From Coniocarpon cinnabarinum (Eukaryota), in contig JAVECO010000081.1 of NCBI GenBank assembly GCA_051942205.1, positions 62,001 to 99,158 on the forward strand: a DNA stretch of 37,158 nt, in the 5' to 3' direction. A program made the translations under genes and the position numbers. The notes under the pieces are model-generated. The model saw only the letters and a program-made list of their open reading frames with translations, did not search any database and was not told where the DNA came from. Shown here piece after piece: positions 1 to 11,301 of this stretch; the first letter of the stretch is position 1; every line of letters begins with the position of its first letter.

Positions 1-1432
1 GACCTGCTCCTGTCATACTGACTACGCCGGGGAACACGGGCCCGACTTGGACTGACGCCCTGCTGATGTCTACTCGTTTCACACCAGCCTGATCCAGATA
101 GTCGAGCAACCCCGCTTAAGACCCGGGAGCGGCCTCTCAGAAATAACGATGCTTGTTGATCCCTGCAGCAACCCGTTTTCGACTGTCGTGCGTGGACTCG
201 AGCCGAACGCCCATCTTCACCGCCCCATGATTCTCACGGCTCTTGTAACTTGGTGTGGGCATCTCACATCATTTGGAGAGAAAAGGCTCGACTTGCAAAG
301 AACAAAAATACTGATTCGGAGCTTCAGTTTGATCTCGTGAAGCTGATGTTGCAGCAGCAAAGGCCCTTTGCATAATCACACGGCTTCCTGCGCTTCCGAC
401 ACCAAGTTTCGCTGACGCTTTCCATTGACACTATGGCCCTGACTGCAAGCAGGTTCATTCTCGACTTTTGTGCCAAAATCAAAGTGACGCAAATCACCGA
501 ATCAGCGCGGGCATTGCCGAGCCTTTGGAAAGCGGGCTCTCACAAGTGACATGGAGGTTATGACTGCAGGTGGTCAAACAGGTAAGTGCAGTGTAGGATG
601 CCTTGCGAGGCGGGTCTTGTTGTTTGGGGGTGCATAGATTTATCTGTTGGACATGTTGCTCCAATAGGTGGGCGCAAGCCCTGCAGCTTCAAGTGCGCAC
701 TTTTCTGAATAGATGGCCTCGCTTGGTTGCATTATCTTGTGTCCAGCGTGGCCATCGTGGCGAGAAGCTGTTTCCAAATCACGGCGGGAGCCTTGACCCT
801 CGTCGAAGGTCTGTTCCCAACATTTGACATGAGATGCAGCGTGCAGCATGCTGTGTAGCCTAGTGTCATGGCTAAGTGGACAGAGGTTGTTGAAGCACTT
901 GTTTGGCCTCCTTTCTCGGTAGCAAACGCAAGTATACCTTGACGAGTTCTTCCAGGCACAGACTTGCAAGTCTGCCCTCAATCCCTTCGACTGGAGAAAT
1001 GCTGTGTGAGAGCAAACGATGGAGCAAGCAACGTCCCAGGTAGGAAGACGGCATAGACTGAAGACGGCCGATGCATGAAGATTGGTTGATTAAGCGACGC
1101 AGAGATTTCATTGAATCTTTGTACTTCCTGGCCTCCCTCATGTGAGCTACGAGCCAAAGTGATCTTGATAGCACTGAAAGCCCGTCTGCCCAGCTGCAAA
1201 CTCTCAGCAAATGGCGAACAGCTCTTGATTCGACCCTGACCACACGGAATTTTTCGTGCTTCCTGGAACACGTCGTGGCCTGTTTCGCGTTCCTCTTACC
1301 TCCACCTACTTTAGGGTTTGTCACGTGATCTTTCAGTATAGGGTTATCTGAGCCTTCCGGACGTCGCTTGAATGCAAGCATCAAAGGAGCGCGGGCCGAC
1401 AAGGTCGTCGCGCATCCATGATGAGCAACCCG

Positions 1433-2122
1433 TCAAATGGCCCATCTGTAGCTTGCGTAACGACCTGCTGTCTCACTTCTTCTGACAATCTTCACCACTT
1501 GTCCGCGTCTTAAACCATAATACTTTGCCACTGGGTCCGTCACCAATATTCTAGGTAGTTGCGTCTCTTTGACCCGATAACGCTCCAGTAGCGCCTTCTT
1601 CTCCACAGGCGATAGCAGCTGATGCTTCGGGACAAGTTCATGATGAGTAATGTTGACTAGTAGGTCTTGCTCATAGAAAATTTCAATGATTTTTGGTAGC
1701 ACTGTTGGAATCAACTTTTGGCTGCTTTGTGTCACTGTCGCTGCCGTGACAAGCACGCCAGTGTGATATTCACGCTCGTTGACCTCGTGCACGAATTTTC
1801 GGAAATCACCAATGCCTACTGTCTTGTCCCCTTCGAATCGAAAATATATCATGCCAATGTCCGGTTGAGGGTCTGGGTTTTTCTCAGTTGGTAATGGGGT
1901 GTATTTGCGCATCATTTCTTCGCTTGGGCGGGCGGAAAAGGACATGCTGTTGCGGTTGGGAGAGCCATCTTGGTTTGCGTGGAGCGTCCGAAACGCGTCC
2001 AAAGCGATGTTCTTCTCATCTTCGGCTATTTCGTAGCCACGATCGGCGCAGAGCTGATGTGCCGTCTTCCATGACCGCCATGCTCTGAGGAGAGCGGTTT
2101 GATTCTCATCCGGGTCTGCCAT
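1433..2122 (-). CDS. RPB5: DNA-directed RNA polymerases I, II and III shared subunit RPABC1 (Rpb5), 229 aa, single exon
   Basis: Uninterrupted ORF with N-terminal QLCADRGY and the highly conserved C-terminal LLVNITHHELVPKH...ETQLPRILVTDPVAKYYGLRRGQVVKIVRRSETAGRYASYR. Confidence 0.97.
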   Translation of the reverse strand: MADPDENQTALLRAWRSWKTAHQLCADRGYEIAEDEKNIALDAFRTLHANQDGSPNRNSMSFSARPSEEMMRKYTPLPTEKNPDPQPDIGMIYFRFEGDKTVGIGDFRKFVHEVNEREYHTGVLVTAATVTQSSQKLIPTVLPKIIEIFYEQDLLVNITHHELVPKHQLLSPVEKKALLERYRVKETQLPRILVTDPVAKYYGLRRGQVVKIVRRSETAGRYASYRWAI

Positions 2123-2558
2123 AAGCTAGCTTGGGTGGTGCTTGGTAGGCAAGGTGGGCCAACAATGCGATAGATTGCTACTCGATTGCGCAAGTGCAAT
2201 CAATGGCTATGAGGTTGTTGGTCTCACTGGAGAAATGTTCAGGCAAAACAGCGTATCCGGTTGCGGTAAATCAAAGAAATCTAGTCCTGTCACATGTAAG
2301 TGTATCAACGCTACCCTGCCAGAATCATTTTGAGACTCCTGGACGTTGGCCATAGCTTCCTAGCCGCGGCAAGGCGGCATCGTCATTGGAAGTCTCAAGC
2401 ACATGCTGCCGCACGACCGCGAAATCCACCAGATTGCCTGCTCTGCTGTGGACCACCGCAGGCCCAACCCCTTCTTGAACCTTTCCAGCGCGGTTGGAAA
2501 CCTCCATGGTCTCGTTCTATACCTATCGATAATCCGCCGCCCGCATCGCTTGCACCCA

Positions 2559-3686
2559 ATGTCCTCTACAAAAGCCCCCTCAGCCAGCGAACTGAAGGAG
2601 GAGGCAAAACAAGCAACAAAAAGCTCGCTACAGAGTTTACGGTCATTAGTGGCAGGCGGCGCTGGAGGGGTCTGTGCAGTCGTTGTCGGGCATCCCTTCG
2701 ATCTTGTAAAGGTCCGACTCCAGACCGCCGACAAGGGTGTGTACAGTGGTGCCGTTGATGTCGTGAGGAAAACGGTGGCCCGTGAGGGCTTAGCAAGGGT
2801 GCGGACAAGGGCCACCAGCTCCAGTTCTCTTTCAGGACGCTGATCAGACCCGACAGGGCCTATATGCGGGTGTCTCAGCGCCACTGGTTGGCGTCACCCC
2901 TATGTGTGAGTCTCCCACCTAAAACCTGTCGACGGCCGTATGCTTATTTCAAAGAAAAGTTGCTGTCAGTTTCTGGGTAGGGCTCGCCAATCATCACGAA
3001 CAATTTCTAACCGTTTCGCGTTGACATAATGAATTTAGGGGTACGATCTTGGGAAGCGGATGGTTTCCTCGGTCTCTACGGTGTCGAATCATCAGTTCTC
3101 AGTGGCACAAGTCTCAGCAGCAGGTTTCTTCTCGGCAATACCTATGACATTAATAACAGCCCCTTTCGAGCGTGTAAAAGTGCTATTGCAGATTCAAGGC
3201 CAGAAACAACTTGCGCCAGGAGAAAAGCCCAAATACAGTGGAGGACTCGACGTAGTAAGGCAGCTTTATAAAGAAGGCGGTATTCGCAGTGTGTTTCGAG
3301 GGAGCGTCATGACGTTGGCACGCGACGGTCCGGGCAGCGCTGCTTATTTTGCGACATACGAAACTATCAAGCGAAACTTGACACCGAAGAAGGAGGATGG
3401 GAGTCCTGGTGAGCTGAGCCTAACGGCCGTGATGACCGCAGGCGGGGCGGCTGGCATTGCGATGTGGATCCCCGTGTTTCCCATCGACACGGTGAAGAGT
3501 CGGCTGCAAAGTGCAGAAGGAAGACCAACCATAGGGGGCACATTGCGAGAATTGTACGGCCGTGGAGGGATGAGAGCATTCTTCCCCGGCATAGGACCAG
3601 CGCTGGCAAGAGCTGTGCCTGCGAATGCTGCAACCTTTTTGGGGGTAGAGCTTGCGCAAAAAGCTATGGCGAACTTGTTTGATTGA
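2559..3686 (+). CDS. CRC1: Mitochondrial carnitine/acylcarnitine carrier (CRC1/AcuH family), 317 aa; exons 2559-2798, 2857-2905, 2960-2976, 3039-3686
   Basis: Three carrier signatures ([33 protein letters not shown]) and carnitine-carrier motifs [38 protein letters not shown] and [16 protein letters not shown] introns 2799-2856, 2906-2959 and 2977-3038 give a 954-nt frame. Confidence 0.93.
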
Positions 3687-3945
3687 TAGCTCCTCCCTGT
3701 AGAAATATAGATTTGATGCGACGCGATCAACGACCCATGATCATTTGATAGCACAGTTACAACTATCTCGAGGAATATCTCTCACATTGCAAGTGAGGAC
3801 CGTTCAAGACGCGGGTGACGCGTCACGTGCGCGCCAAGGAAGCTTCGGTATGTTGACGACAGACGCGTCTAGAAAATCGGTGAAACTTGAGAGATTTATT
3901 TGCACTCTCCATCTATTATCATCCTGAAATGACACGATCATACGC

Positions 3946-6450
3946 ATGTCAACACCGCTTATCCTACACGGATGGGCCTCCTGTCTGGATGCCGTGCAAT
4001 GGAGCGAACTCCATGACATCGCCGTAGCACTTGGCGACCACGTCGAACTCTGCATTCCTAACCTCTCGCTCAGCCACCGGAGGTTTGATGCTTATGGCAA
4101 TGAAACTCGGTGGCATCAGCTCAGACTTGACACGTCCTTATTCAACCACACAGAATTTCCATTCAGAGAACCCATCGATGGGTCTTGCTTTTCCCTTGGA
4201 GAAGAGCAAAGCTACAGTAACATAGTCTCTCTTGCATGGTCATCTGCAGGGCTCGCTAAGAACAAGCGATGTGTACTCGCCGTCTTGACAACTAACCATG
4301 TCCTTTCTTTGTGGTCATCACGAGCAGATCCCAAGCAGAGTAGCAGCTGGGAGCGCACTCTCCCAGTGAACCATGCATTGCAACATCAACAGAGCACGAA
4401 TGCTTTTGCGAACGGGCAAGCTCATGCAGATGGAGCGCGAAAATCTGTGGCGGCCTCGAGAATACGATCCTTTGCATGGGGCCCGGTAATATCATGCCCT
4501 CATGAAGTCGAGGACCGTGGAGGGCGCATCGTGAGTGTGATCCTTGATCGCTATACTCTTGCTGTGACCACTAGCGCAGGAGAGCTCATTCTCTTGGAAG
4601 TCAGATCGCCATATCAACTACCAATCGAGGGGCTTCGAACGTGGTCATGTCGTGTTGTATTCCGCACTACAATCGCCTGCTTAGACCGTCCAGAACCTGG
4701 ATCAGGCAGTGTGAACGCGGACTTACTTCGACGAAGGCTTTTTGGGGAAGACGTCGTCTGGAGCCTTTGGGAGCCTCGCAAGGAAGCTAATGAATCTGCA
4801 TATGCCTCCATGATTGCCTATCGGGTAGGGAAACAGCTTGTAGTGCAGTCGCTCTCCATTTTGAGAAACGATGAGCTCTCGTTCATGCCTGCACAGACCT
4901 CACTCACTATTGGCGGAACTCATGATGGTCCAATCAAGCTTATCTTTGACGTAAGTGTTGTATCAGGATAACTTTAATCAAATCCTAACCAGACGTTGTC
5001 ACCAGCATGCCAGCGAGCAGATGCTCCTGCTGAGCTCTAGCAAGGGGCAAATCATCGTGACGAAGCTATCCGACTCGCACACCAGCGGTTTTGCACCAGT
5101 CCCAAACATCTTCTCGCTCAACCAGACCTGGGAGCCCATCGCCGGGATATGCTGGAGTTCAAGTGCCAAGTCTAAGATGCTTCAAGTACATGTGGCGTCT
5201 CACTTATCATTTGGCGTCGCTGAGAAGTCGAACTTGTATTCTTTCGCTGTCAGTGAAGAGCCGGCGATGTCAAAGTCACCTTGGGCAAGGGCTGTTACTG
5301 ATTGCAGATGTCGTTTTGCGGCTACGCACGGCCTCAGTGAAAGAGTCGTAGCTCAGGTTGCCGGCCTGGCTGCATCTCACATTGGCTATCACGTAGCAGC
5401 TTGCGTCTCTTTGCATCCTAGTGAGCTACTACAGTATGTCATTGAAGCTGACCAAAAAAGCACTCTTGTTATAAGAGAAGCTGAAGAAGGGTCGGCCTCA
5501 GGAGAAGAAGCGGGTGCCTTGCGGGACATCGCTTTGCTAGGTAAGACTGTCAGCCTGCGACGCGGATTCAGAAGCTAATTCTCTTTTTCTAGGAGCTCCG
5601 CCAGAAGCCACCGTGCTACTCGTCAAATCATCATTGTGGCAGTCATCCATAGACAGAAATATCACACATGACCTCAGAGAGTCACTGCGTCTTCTCAAAG
5701 CGAACAGCATCACTGAGGATGGCGGCACTACACAGGGGACAAGCCTTGTAGTTACTGCACAGACTTTGAGAAAACGTCTGAGCCAATCAGCAAATCTTTT
5801 CGAGCTTCTCCTCTTACAAAGCCGAAGTGGCCAGCAGTGGGCTGGCTTTGACGAACGCCTTTCTACCCTCAACAGATCAGCCACTCAATGCTTCGTTGAA
5901 ACTGTACAGACGATTATTAAACGACGTGAAGTCTCCGCTCCTACTATCGTGGAGAAATACGTTATGGTCATGTTCGAAAAGGCTATGGATCTGATGACTT
6001 CCAGTCGCGAAGGGGGAAACAATTCTGGGTCTGACGAGGTACAGAGAGACCATTTGTCTCTGTGTGAACGATGCACAATGTGCAACGCGCAAATCCTGTT
6101 TGAGGATTTGCAATGGGCACGATGTGGGAACAACCATCGATTCAGTGAGTTTCTTGCTTGGCGACAAAAGGTCTTGCTTACTAAAGCATTCAGGTCGATG
6201 TCCTCTAACGTTTCTCGCTATTCAAGTCCCGAGGATCACAAGATACTGTGCCATATGTAGTCGTGGCTGCCTCTCAGAAGAATATCTGTTGAGTCCGGCT
6301 CTATCAAAACTTGTGTCATATGTTGATGGCATCGACGCAGACTCGGGAAACAGCAATTTCTGGTCTGACGAAACCGGTCCTTACTTGCTAGATTTGCTCG
6401 TCACCGTTTCCGACACGTGCGTTTTCTGTGGGGGCCGATTCATTGGCTGA
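3946..6450 (+). CDS. Transcription factor IIIC 90-kDa/tau60 (Tfc8/Sfc9-like) subunit, about 782 aa; exons 3946-4950, 5006-5540, 5593-6144, 6194-6450
   Basis: N-terminal CLDAVQWSE.DIAV...GEEQS..IVSLAWSSAGLAKNKRCVLAVLTTNHVLSLW, typical of the TFIIIC_delta domain. C-terminal zinc finger ERCTMC...ARCGNNHRF/SRCPLTFLAIQ...YCAIC...CVFCGGRF. Canonical introns 4951-5005, 5541-5592 and 6145-6193 give 2349 nt in frame. Confidence 0.85.
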
Positions 6451-6635
6451 ACTTTTGGTAGCGGACAGGCATATCTCCATTGTCGGGGAGACTGCATTCC
6501 TCGGTTACCTACCGCAATCAGCAACACCCTGATGCGCCGCAAACAGAACCAACCTTCCATAGCAATGACTGAATCAAACCTTCTTGCGACCCTGGGGAAG
6601 TGTGAGACGTGCCATGGGAGGGTTGGGCCTTCAAC

Positions 6636-9128
6636 ATGGAGAAGATACGACACATGAGTGTACCGCTGTTCGTGCCTGGGAAGAAAGGAGTTCGTGTTTC
6701 TGTATCTCCTGCGAGACAGACTGCGGATGCCATCAAGACCCCTGCATCGCCCAGAAAATCGATTACCGATGCCGTCAGGAACGAGTCGCCAACCTTGTTC
6801 AATGATGAAGATCAGAGTGTCAGCCTGCAAGCGCCCGGATTACCCATAAAGATGGCTCCGTCGCCACTCAATGCCACTGAAAAATCGCATGAGCTGCCTA
6901 AACGGCTTCCAAAAGATCGAGGCAGTGGTGGCATGGATGGACAGAACAACCGCTCATTAGACTTCTTCGAAACCGATTCAAGCGACGAAGAACAAGCGAG
7001 TTCCAGTCACGATGTGTCACCCAGGTCAGTCGCGACGCTCGACAAGTCACCCAGTACCTCTGTCAGCGGGTCAACACGTGATAAAAGGCAAGCACGGAAT
7101 ACGGTGGATGCTACGATACCGGACACTTTTGATTTTGGCTTGGATTTGCCCGCACAAGACATTGGCGACCAGAAGGAGAAGTCACGCGCAGAGGCTTTAG
7201 CTTCGCTAGATCCGCGAACGTTTCAAAATGAGTCAACACTAAGACCAATACCAAGCACCGCGCGTTCTGTATACGGGGACACGACGCCCTATCAAGAAAT
7301 GTTTGAGCCTTTCGAAGACCCTCGATCTCTATCACAAGAGGATTTTGCGGGAGCGCTTCTTGACGCCACTCAAACCGAGAATGTCCAACATCCAGATGTT
7401 CTGGACTACACGAAACATCTTTTGCGCGGTCATGAAGGCGATCTAGACTTCCAACGCTTGCTCATGCTGCATGCTGTGACATCAGACAAGGTCTTGGACA
7501 TCAGTGGTAGAAAGACGAAACGACAAAGGACTCCTAGAACGCCAGAATCTCCTAATCGTCCCAAGAGCGCAGGCGCAACTCCTAGCTCGAGCCCGTTCCG
7601 ACGTACACCAGGTACAGAGTGGGAAGTACCACCACTACCCAAGCCACTTGATTTGAAGGCGAAACCGCAGAGCAACACCACAGATACGCGGCTGCCAAGC
7701 GGCGCCAGCAAGGGTGCACCTCTGCCGACAAGGCCTCACGGTATCCTACGTAATCCTTCGTGGGGTCCCAGTGTTACATCCACGAAGCGGAGATCCATGA
7801 GCAGCCCGGAGCCCCCCGACCAGCAAACATCACGGTGGCCGAGCGCTGGAGCGAGAAACGGCGCAATCGCACCTCATCAGTTGTCTTCCATTCCCAAGCA
7901 CCTGTCCTTTGCCACTGAACGCAAGGCGAGTCATATTTCCACGAAAGACTCTGCGCCCCTGACGCCTTATCCGCAAGATGCTGTCGAGACCGCTCAGGAA
8001 GCGCCAGCGAAACATGCGCCTCCAAAGGACGTAGATCAAGAGCAGGCTGATGTTGCTTCTCATGACACACCGGCCCCACCGACACCTTCAGCTCGGACGC
8101 CGTCAGTTCGAATAGTTGAACCGCGAAATCAGTCCATCACGCCTAAAGAAGCGGTGAATATAGCCCGCCGCACCACTTCCGCATCCCGTCGACGGTCATC
8201 TGTCATCAACTCAGCTGCCGTCTCAGCAGACACGATTTTAGCGCTCTCCGTGCGCCGGCGATACGGTTCCAATGGTCGTCGCTTTGAGCACTTGGTTGTA
8301 CCTGCTGACGAAGAGATCGCCACGCCCGCCCGATCGCGCCGCAACTCCTCTGCATCTGGTCGAAAAATGAGCATCGCGACCACAGACCCAGAGAAGTCAC
8401 AGGAGGGTGAAGACAGCGAAAACGCGAGTCCAAACCAGAAGGCTGAATTCGATGATGCGGCGTTCTTTCGGGAGCTGCGGAAGTGTTACTACGGTCAACT
8501 GCTTGGATCGACGATGGTTTCGCGCTTTTACCGGCGATACTTGTCAGCATATGTACTGAAGAGGATCACACTCGTGTGCAGTGAAGGCGTCGTAGACCCG
8601 GATCCGCCTAACATTACACCCGCAACACGGACGACGCGTTTGTTGACACTCCGCGGTTTCAATGAAGTGCAGTCTGAAGACAGCCTCATAGACCATTTCC
8701 TCGTGCCCAATATCGGTCGCGCTTCCTGGCGCTGGGTCCGCTGGGTGCACCGCGTAGCCGTGAGCGTCGATCAAGACAGCGCCGAGTTCGAAGCTAGAAT
8801 GCGAAAGCACTCCTTCGTGCCTGAACAGCACATCTCCGCTGTGCCAGGTGGTTTGGAGTTCATCGAGGGGCCCGGCGTGGGGCGACTCATGACGGCCGCT
8901 GCTATTGTGCTGGTGGGTAGTGTCCTCGCCACGGTTCTGTATGCGGGCCTGGGACCCACGGGTGCACCCGGGTATACTGTCGAGGCCTTGACCCAGGGTG
9001 AGTTCCAGGTGCCGCATCGTGACGTGGCGGATCGCCTCATTCAGGGAATTCTGCTGGGACAATTTGTGCTCTGGTTCGGGGCTATCGTGGTCGTTCTGTG
9101 GGTTTTGGCGAGCGCTCTGGTGACGTGA
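6636..9128 (+). CDS. Uncharacterised protein, about 830 aa: long S/P/T-rich disordered N-terminus, globular FDDAAFFRELRK..Y region, two C-terminal hydrophobic helices
   Basis: 2.5-kb uninterrupted ORF with first in-frame ATG at 6636. C-terminal hydrophobic segments LMTAAAIVLVGSVLATVLYAGLG and GILLGQFVLWFGAIVVVLWVLASALV. Confidence 0.8.
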   Translation: MEKIRHMSVPLFVPGKKGVRVSVSPARQTADAIKTPASPRKSITDAVRNESPTLFNDEDQSVSLQAPGLPIKMAPSPLNATEKSHELPKRLPKDRGSGGMDGQNNRSLDFFETDSSDEEQASSSHDVSPRSVATLDKSPSTSVSGSTRDKRQARNTVDATIPDTFDFGLDLPAQDIGDQKEKSRAEALASLDPRTFQNESTLRPIPSTARSVYGDTTPYQEMFEPFEDPRSLSQEDFAGALLDATQTENVQHPDVLDYTKHLLRGHEGDLDFQRLLMLHAVTSDKVLDISGRKTKRQRTPRTPESPNRPKSAGATPSSSPFRRTPGTEWEVPPLPKPLDLKAKPQSNTTDTRLPSGASKGAPLPTRPHGILRNPSWGPSVTSTKRRSMSSPEPPDQQTSRWPSAGARNGAIAPHQLSSIPKHLSFATERKASHISTKDSAPLTPYPQDAVETAQEAPAKHAPPKDVDQEQADVASHDTPAPPTPSARTPSVRIVEPRNQSITPKEAVNIARRTTSASRRRSSVINSAAVSADTILALSVRRRYGSNGRRFEHLVVPADEEIATPARSRRNSSASGRKMSIATTDPEKSQEGEDSENASPNQKAEFDDAAFFRELRKCYYGQLLGSTMVSRFYRRYLSAYVLKRITLVCSEGVVDPDPPNITPATRTTRLLTLRGFNEVQSEDSLIDHFLVPNIGRASWRWVRWVHRVAVSVDQDSAEFEARMRKHSFVPEQHISAVPGGLEFIEGPGVGRLMTAAAIVLVGSVLATVLYAGLGPTGAPGYTVEALTQGEFQVPHRDVADRLIQGILLGQFVLWFGAIVVVLWVLASALVT

Positions 9129-10865
9129 GCGCAATGGGTTTGTGCCCGGCATCATTGAGGGTCGAAGTGATAAGTTTTACAACTCAGATTTACGACACTT
9201 CAGGGTTTACTTTGAGGATGTGAGGCTCGTCCTTGAGACCGGGCGATGATGCTTATAACTTGTGGGCCTCGTGGTCTGGCCGCTGATTAGACGTAGGCAA
9301 TGATGAACATCTGTACAGTACGATCTTAACTCCCAATCAGAGCAGCCATTTGTAAATATTGTTAGTCTTCCGCATCCTCTCTGTGCTAAACATAAGTAGC
9401 CTACGTTGCTTCACCTGCTAGACATAGTCAAGTCAGTGACAGACCTCGCAGTCATTACAAAAGCTACCGCAGAATCTCGCCCTAGGATGCTGATGTACCT
9501 CTCTCTTGACCGCCCTACATTGCCGCCTTTGTACTTAGCTACAATCCATACCCCGCAGCCGAGCCGCAGGCGCAATCCCCTTTACGAACACGATCATCAG
9601 TCCGGATATCCGCCAAGGATGCGCATCTCATCGCCAGCATGCTGTTTACGTGGCAGACAGACTCGGCCATGTACGGAATTCTGCACATGGGACTCTCGAG
9701 GCGTATTTCAGTCGAGATACAAGATCACATCTCCAAACTTGACAACAAGTTTCATTGTAAACCCCTGGACTGGCATGACGGGGCGTGGAGGGTTTTTTAA
9801 AGAAGGCGAGCCAGTTGCGAAGTCGATTCGTTTCGGAATGTGCGAGACTCAGCGGCGCAGAGAGTTGGAACGGGGTACATGATGACGGTGCGGTGGTTTC
9901 TGATGAGTATCGCGTAGCCAGGTGGCTAGGAGCTTGTCGCGCGTGCGGATGGGAGGTAAGGCTCGTGGAGATCGTCCGTAGTTATACGCGTTGATGATGC
10001 TTGAGTGATGAGGATGTGTGGGAAGAGTATGAGAAACGGATCTGGTGTGAGGTTTTCGAGGTGTAGAGAGACTGCGATTGGACATAACTCTGTGAGTGGA
10101 GTCGATCCCATAAGAGGCTTCGCGGACATAGAAAACGTGTCAATCGTGTATGATTCTCCGTAGTAGCCCCATGGACGAGGGCGCCAAGCTTATCATCCTC
10201 TGGGGGAGACTCCAAGCTCCAATGGTGAATGTCTCGTCATTGCCCAGAGTGCACTGCATGCTATTCCTGACGTATGATTAGGAATCCGGAGAGATCAAGT
10301 GGTAACTTGGCCTTGGGATGGACTGTAGTCTCAGGCACGTTTCAAAAGCCTAAACCCCACGGCGATACAAGGGGCGGGTGATCTCCAGCGCCACAGCTCC
10401 CGTTGACCATGGCGAGAAGACCATGCCATGTGGAGTAATATGAGACAACTAACGAGACTACTTCTGTCTTTAGTTAGGCTGATCATTGTCTACTATTGTT
10501 GCAATGCGCGGAGTCGGATGGAAGCGCAGATTGGGAGTATGCTTCACTTTGGCTGTCGTGTCTGGCCAGATGCAAAAAGCTGCGGAAGGATGCTCTGGCC
10601 GTGCCTAGGAATCCTGTTGCATCGCCTCGTATAAATGCCAGCTGGCATTGGATCCAGCGCAAGAGAAGTGCCGTATCGCTGGTTGCCCTTTTAAAGCTAC
10701 TGCCCAGGGGTACTCTGACTTGTTTTGTCTCATTCTGAAGCAGCAATTTGGATTGGCTTTTCTACTCAGAGCTCTGACACGCGTTGTGAACAATCATGGG
10801 CTTTAATATGCCCCATCAAAAAGGCAAGTACACGGCCAAGAAATGGACACTTGACAGAAAAATTT

Positions 10866-11301
10866 ATGGCTTCAAAACCAGGGGCATCCCGCACATCAAC
10901 AACTACGTCAGACTTCAAATCTACGATCTTAAAGCCGTGAACGCAGGGCGAAGATCGCAAATACAGCAAGAAGCGTAATAATGCTGTGCTGCAAACACGG
11001 GATAACATCAAGAAGGCAGCGCAAAGCCCGATGACGAAAGAAGACCGCCCTATCAAGAGAATCGAACTTCGGTGAGTGTCTCTTGATGCCGTGCTTCGTC
11101 GGAGCGTGGCCTGTCCACCGCGACTTCCAGCAAGTACGCAGTTGTGGCTAACAGAATGCGAGCAGTCGCCGCAGCAATGGCGAGTGGAGCTTTGATGTCC
11201 GATATTGGGCATACCCTTTCAACACGTTCAAGGAGACAGTGGAAATGCCAGAGGAATACGAGAAGAAATTTCGGGACTTTTACGGTAGTGCAGCAGGGTA
11301 A
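10866..11301 (+). pseudogene. Candidate small spliced gene or pseudogene (exons 10866-11071 and 11166-11301) with one in-frame TGA at 10938-10940; alternatively a 58-aa ORF from ATG 11031
   Basis: Consensus donor GTGAGT at 11072, branch GCTAAC about 11147, CAG acceptor 11165. Spliced frame gives ...KEDRPIKRIELRRRSNGEWSFDVRYWAYPFNTFKETVEMPEEYEKKFRDFYGSAAG*. TATAAAT upstream at about 10630. No family recognised. Confidence 0.3.

Noticed and set aside
640..1402. Minus-strand ORFs downstream of RPB5 (up to 176 aa)
   Set aside because: No family motif and no convincing splice model.
9406..10215. Short ORFs on both strands after the 830-aa gene
   Set aside because: Frames break frequently; no homology signal or consistent splice sites.
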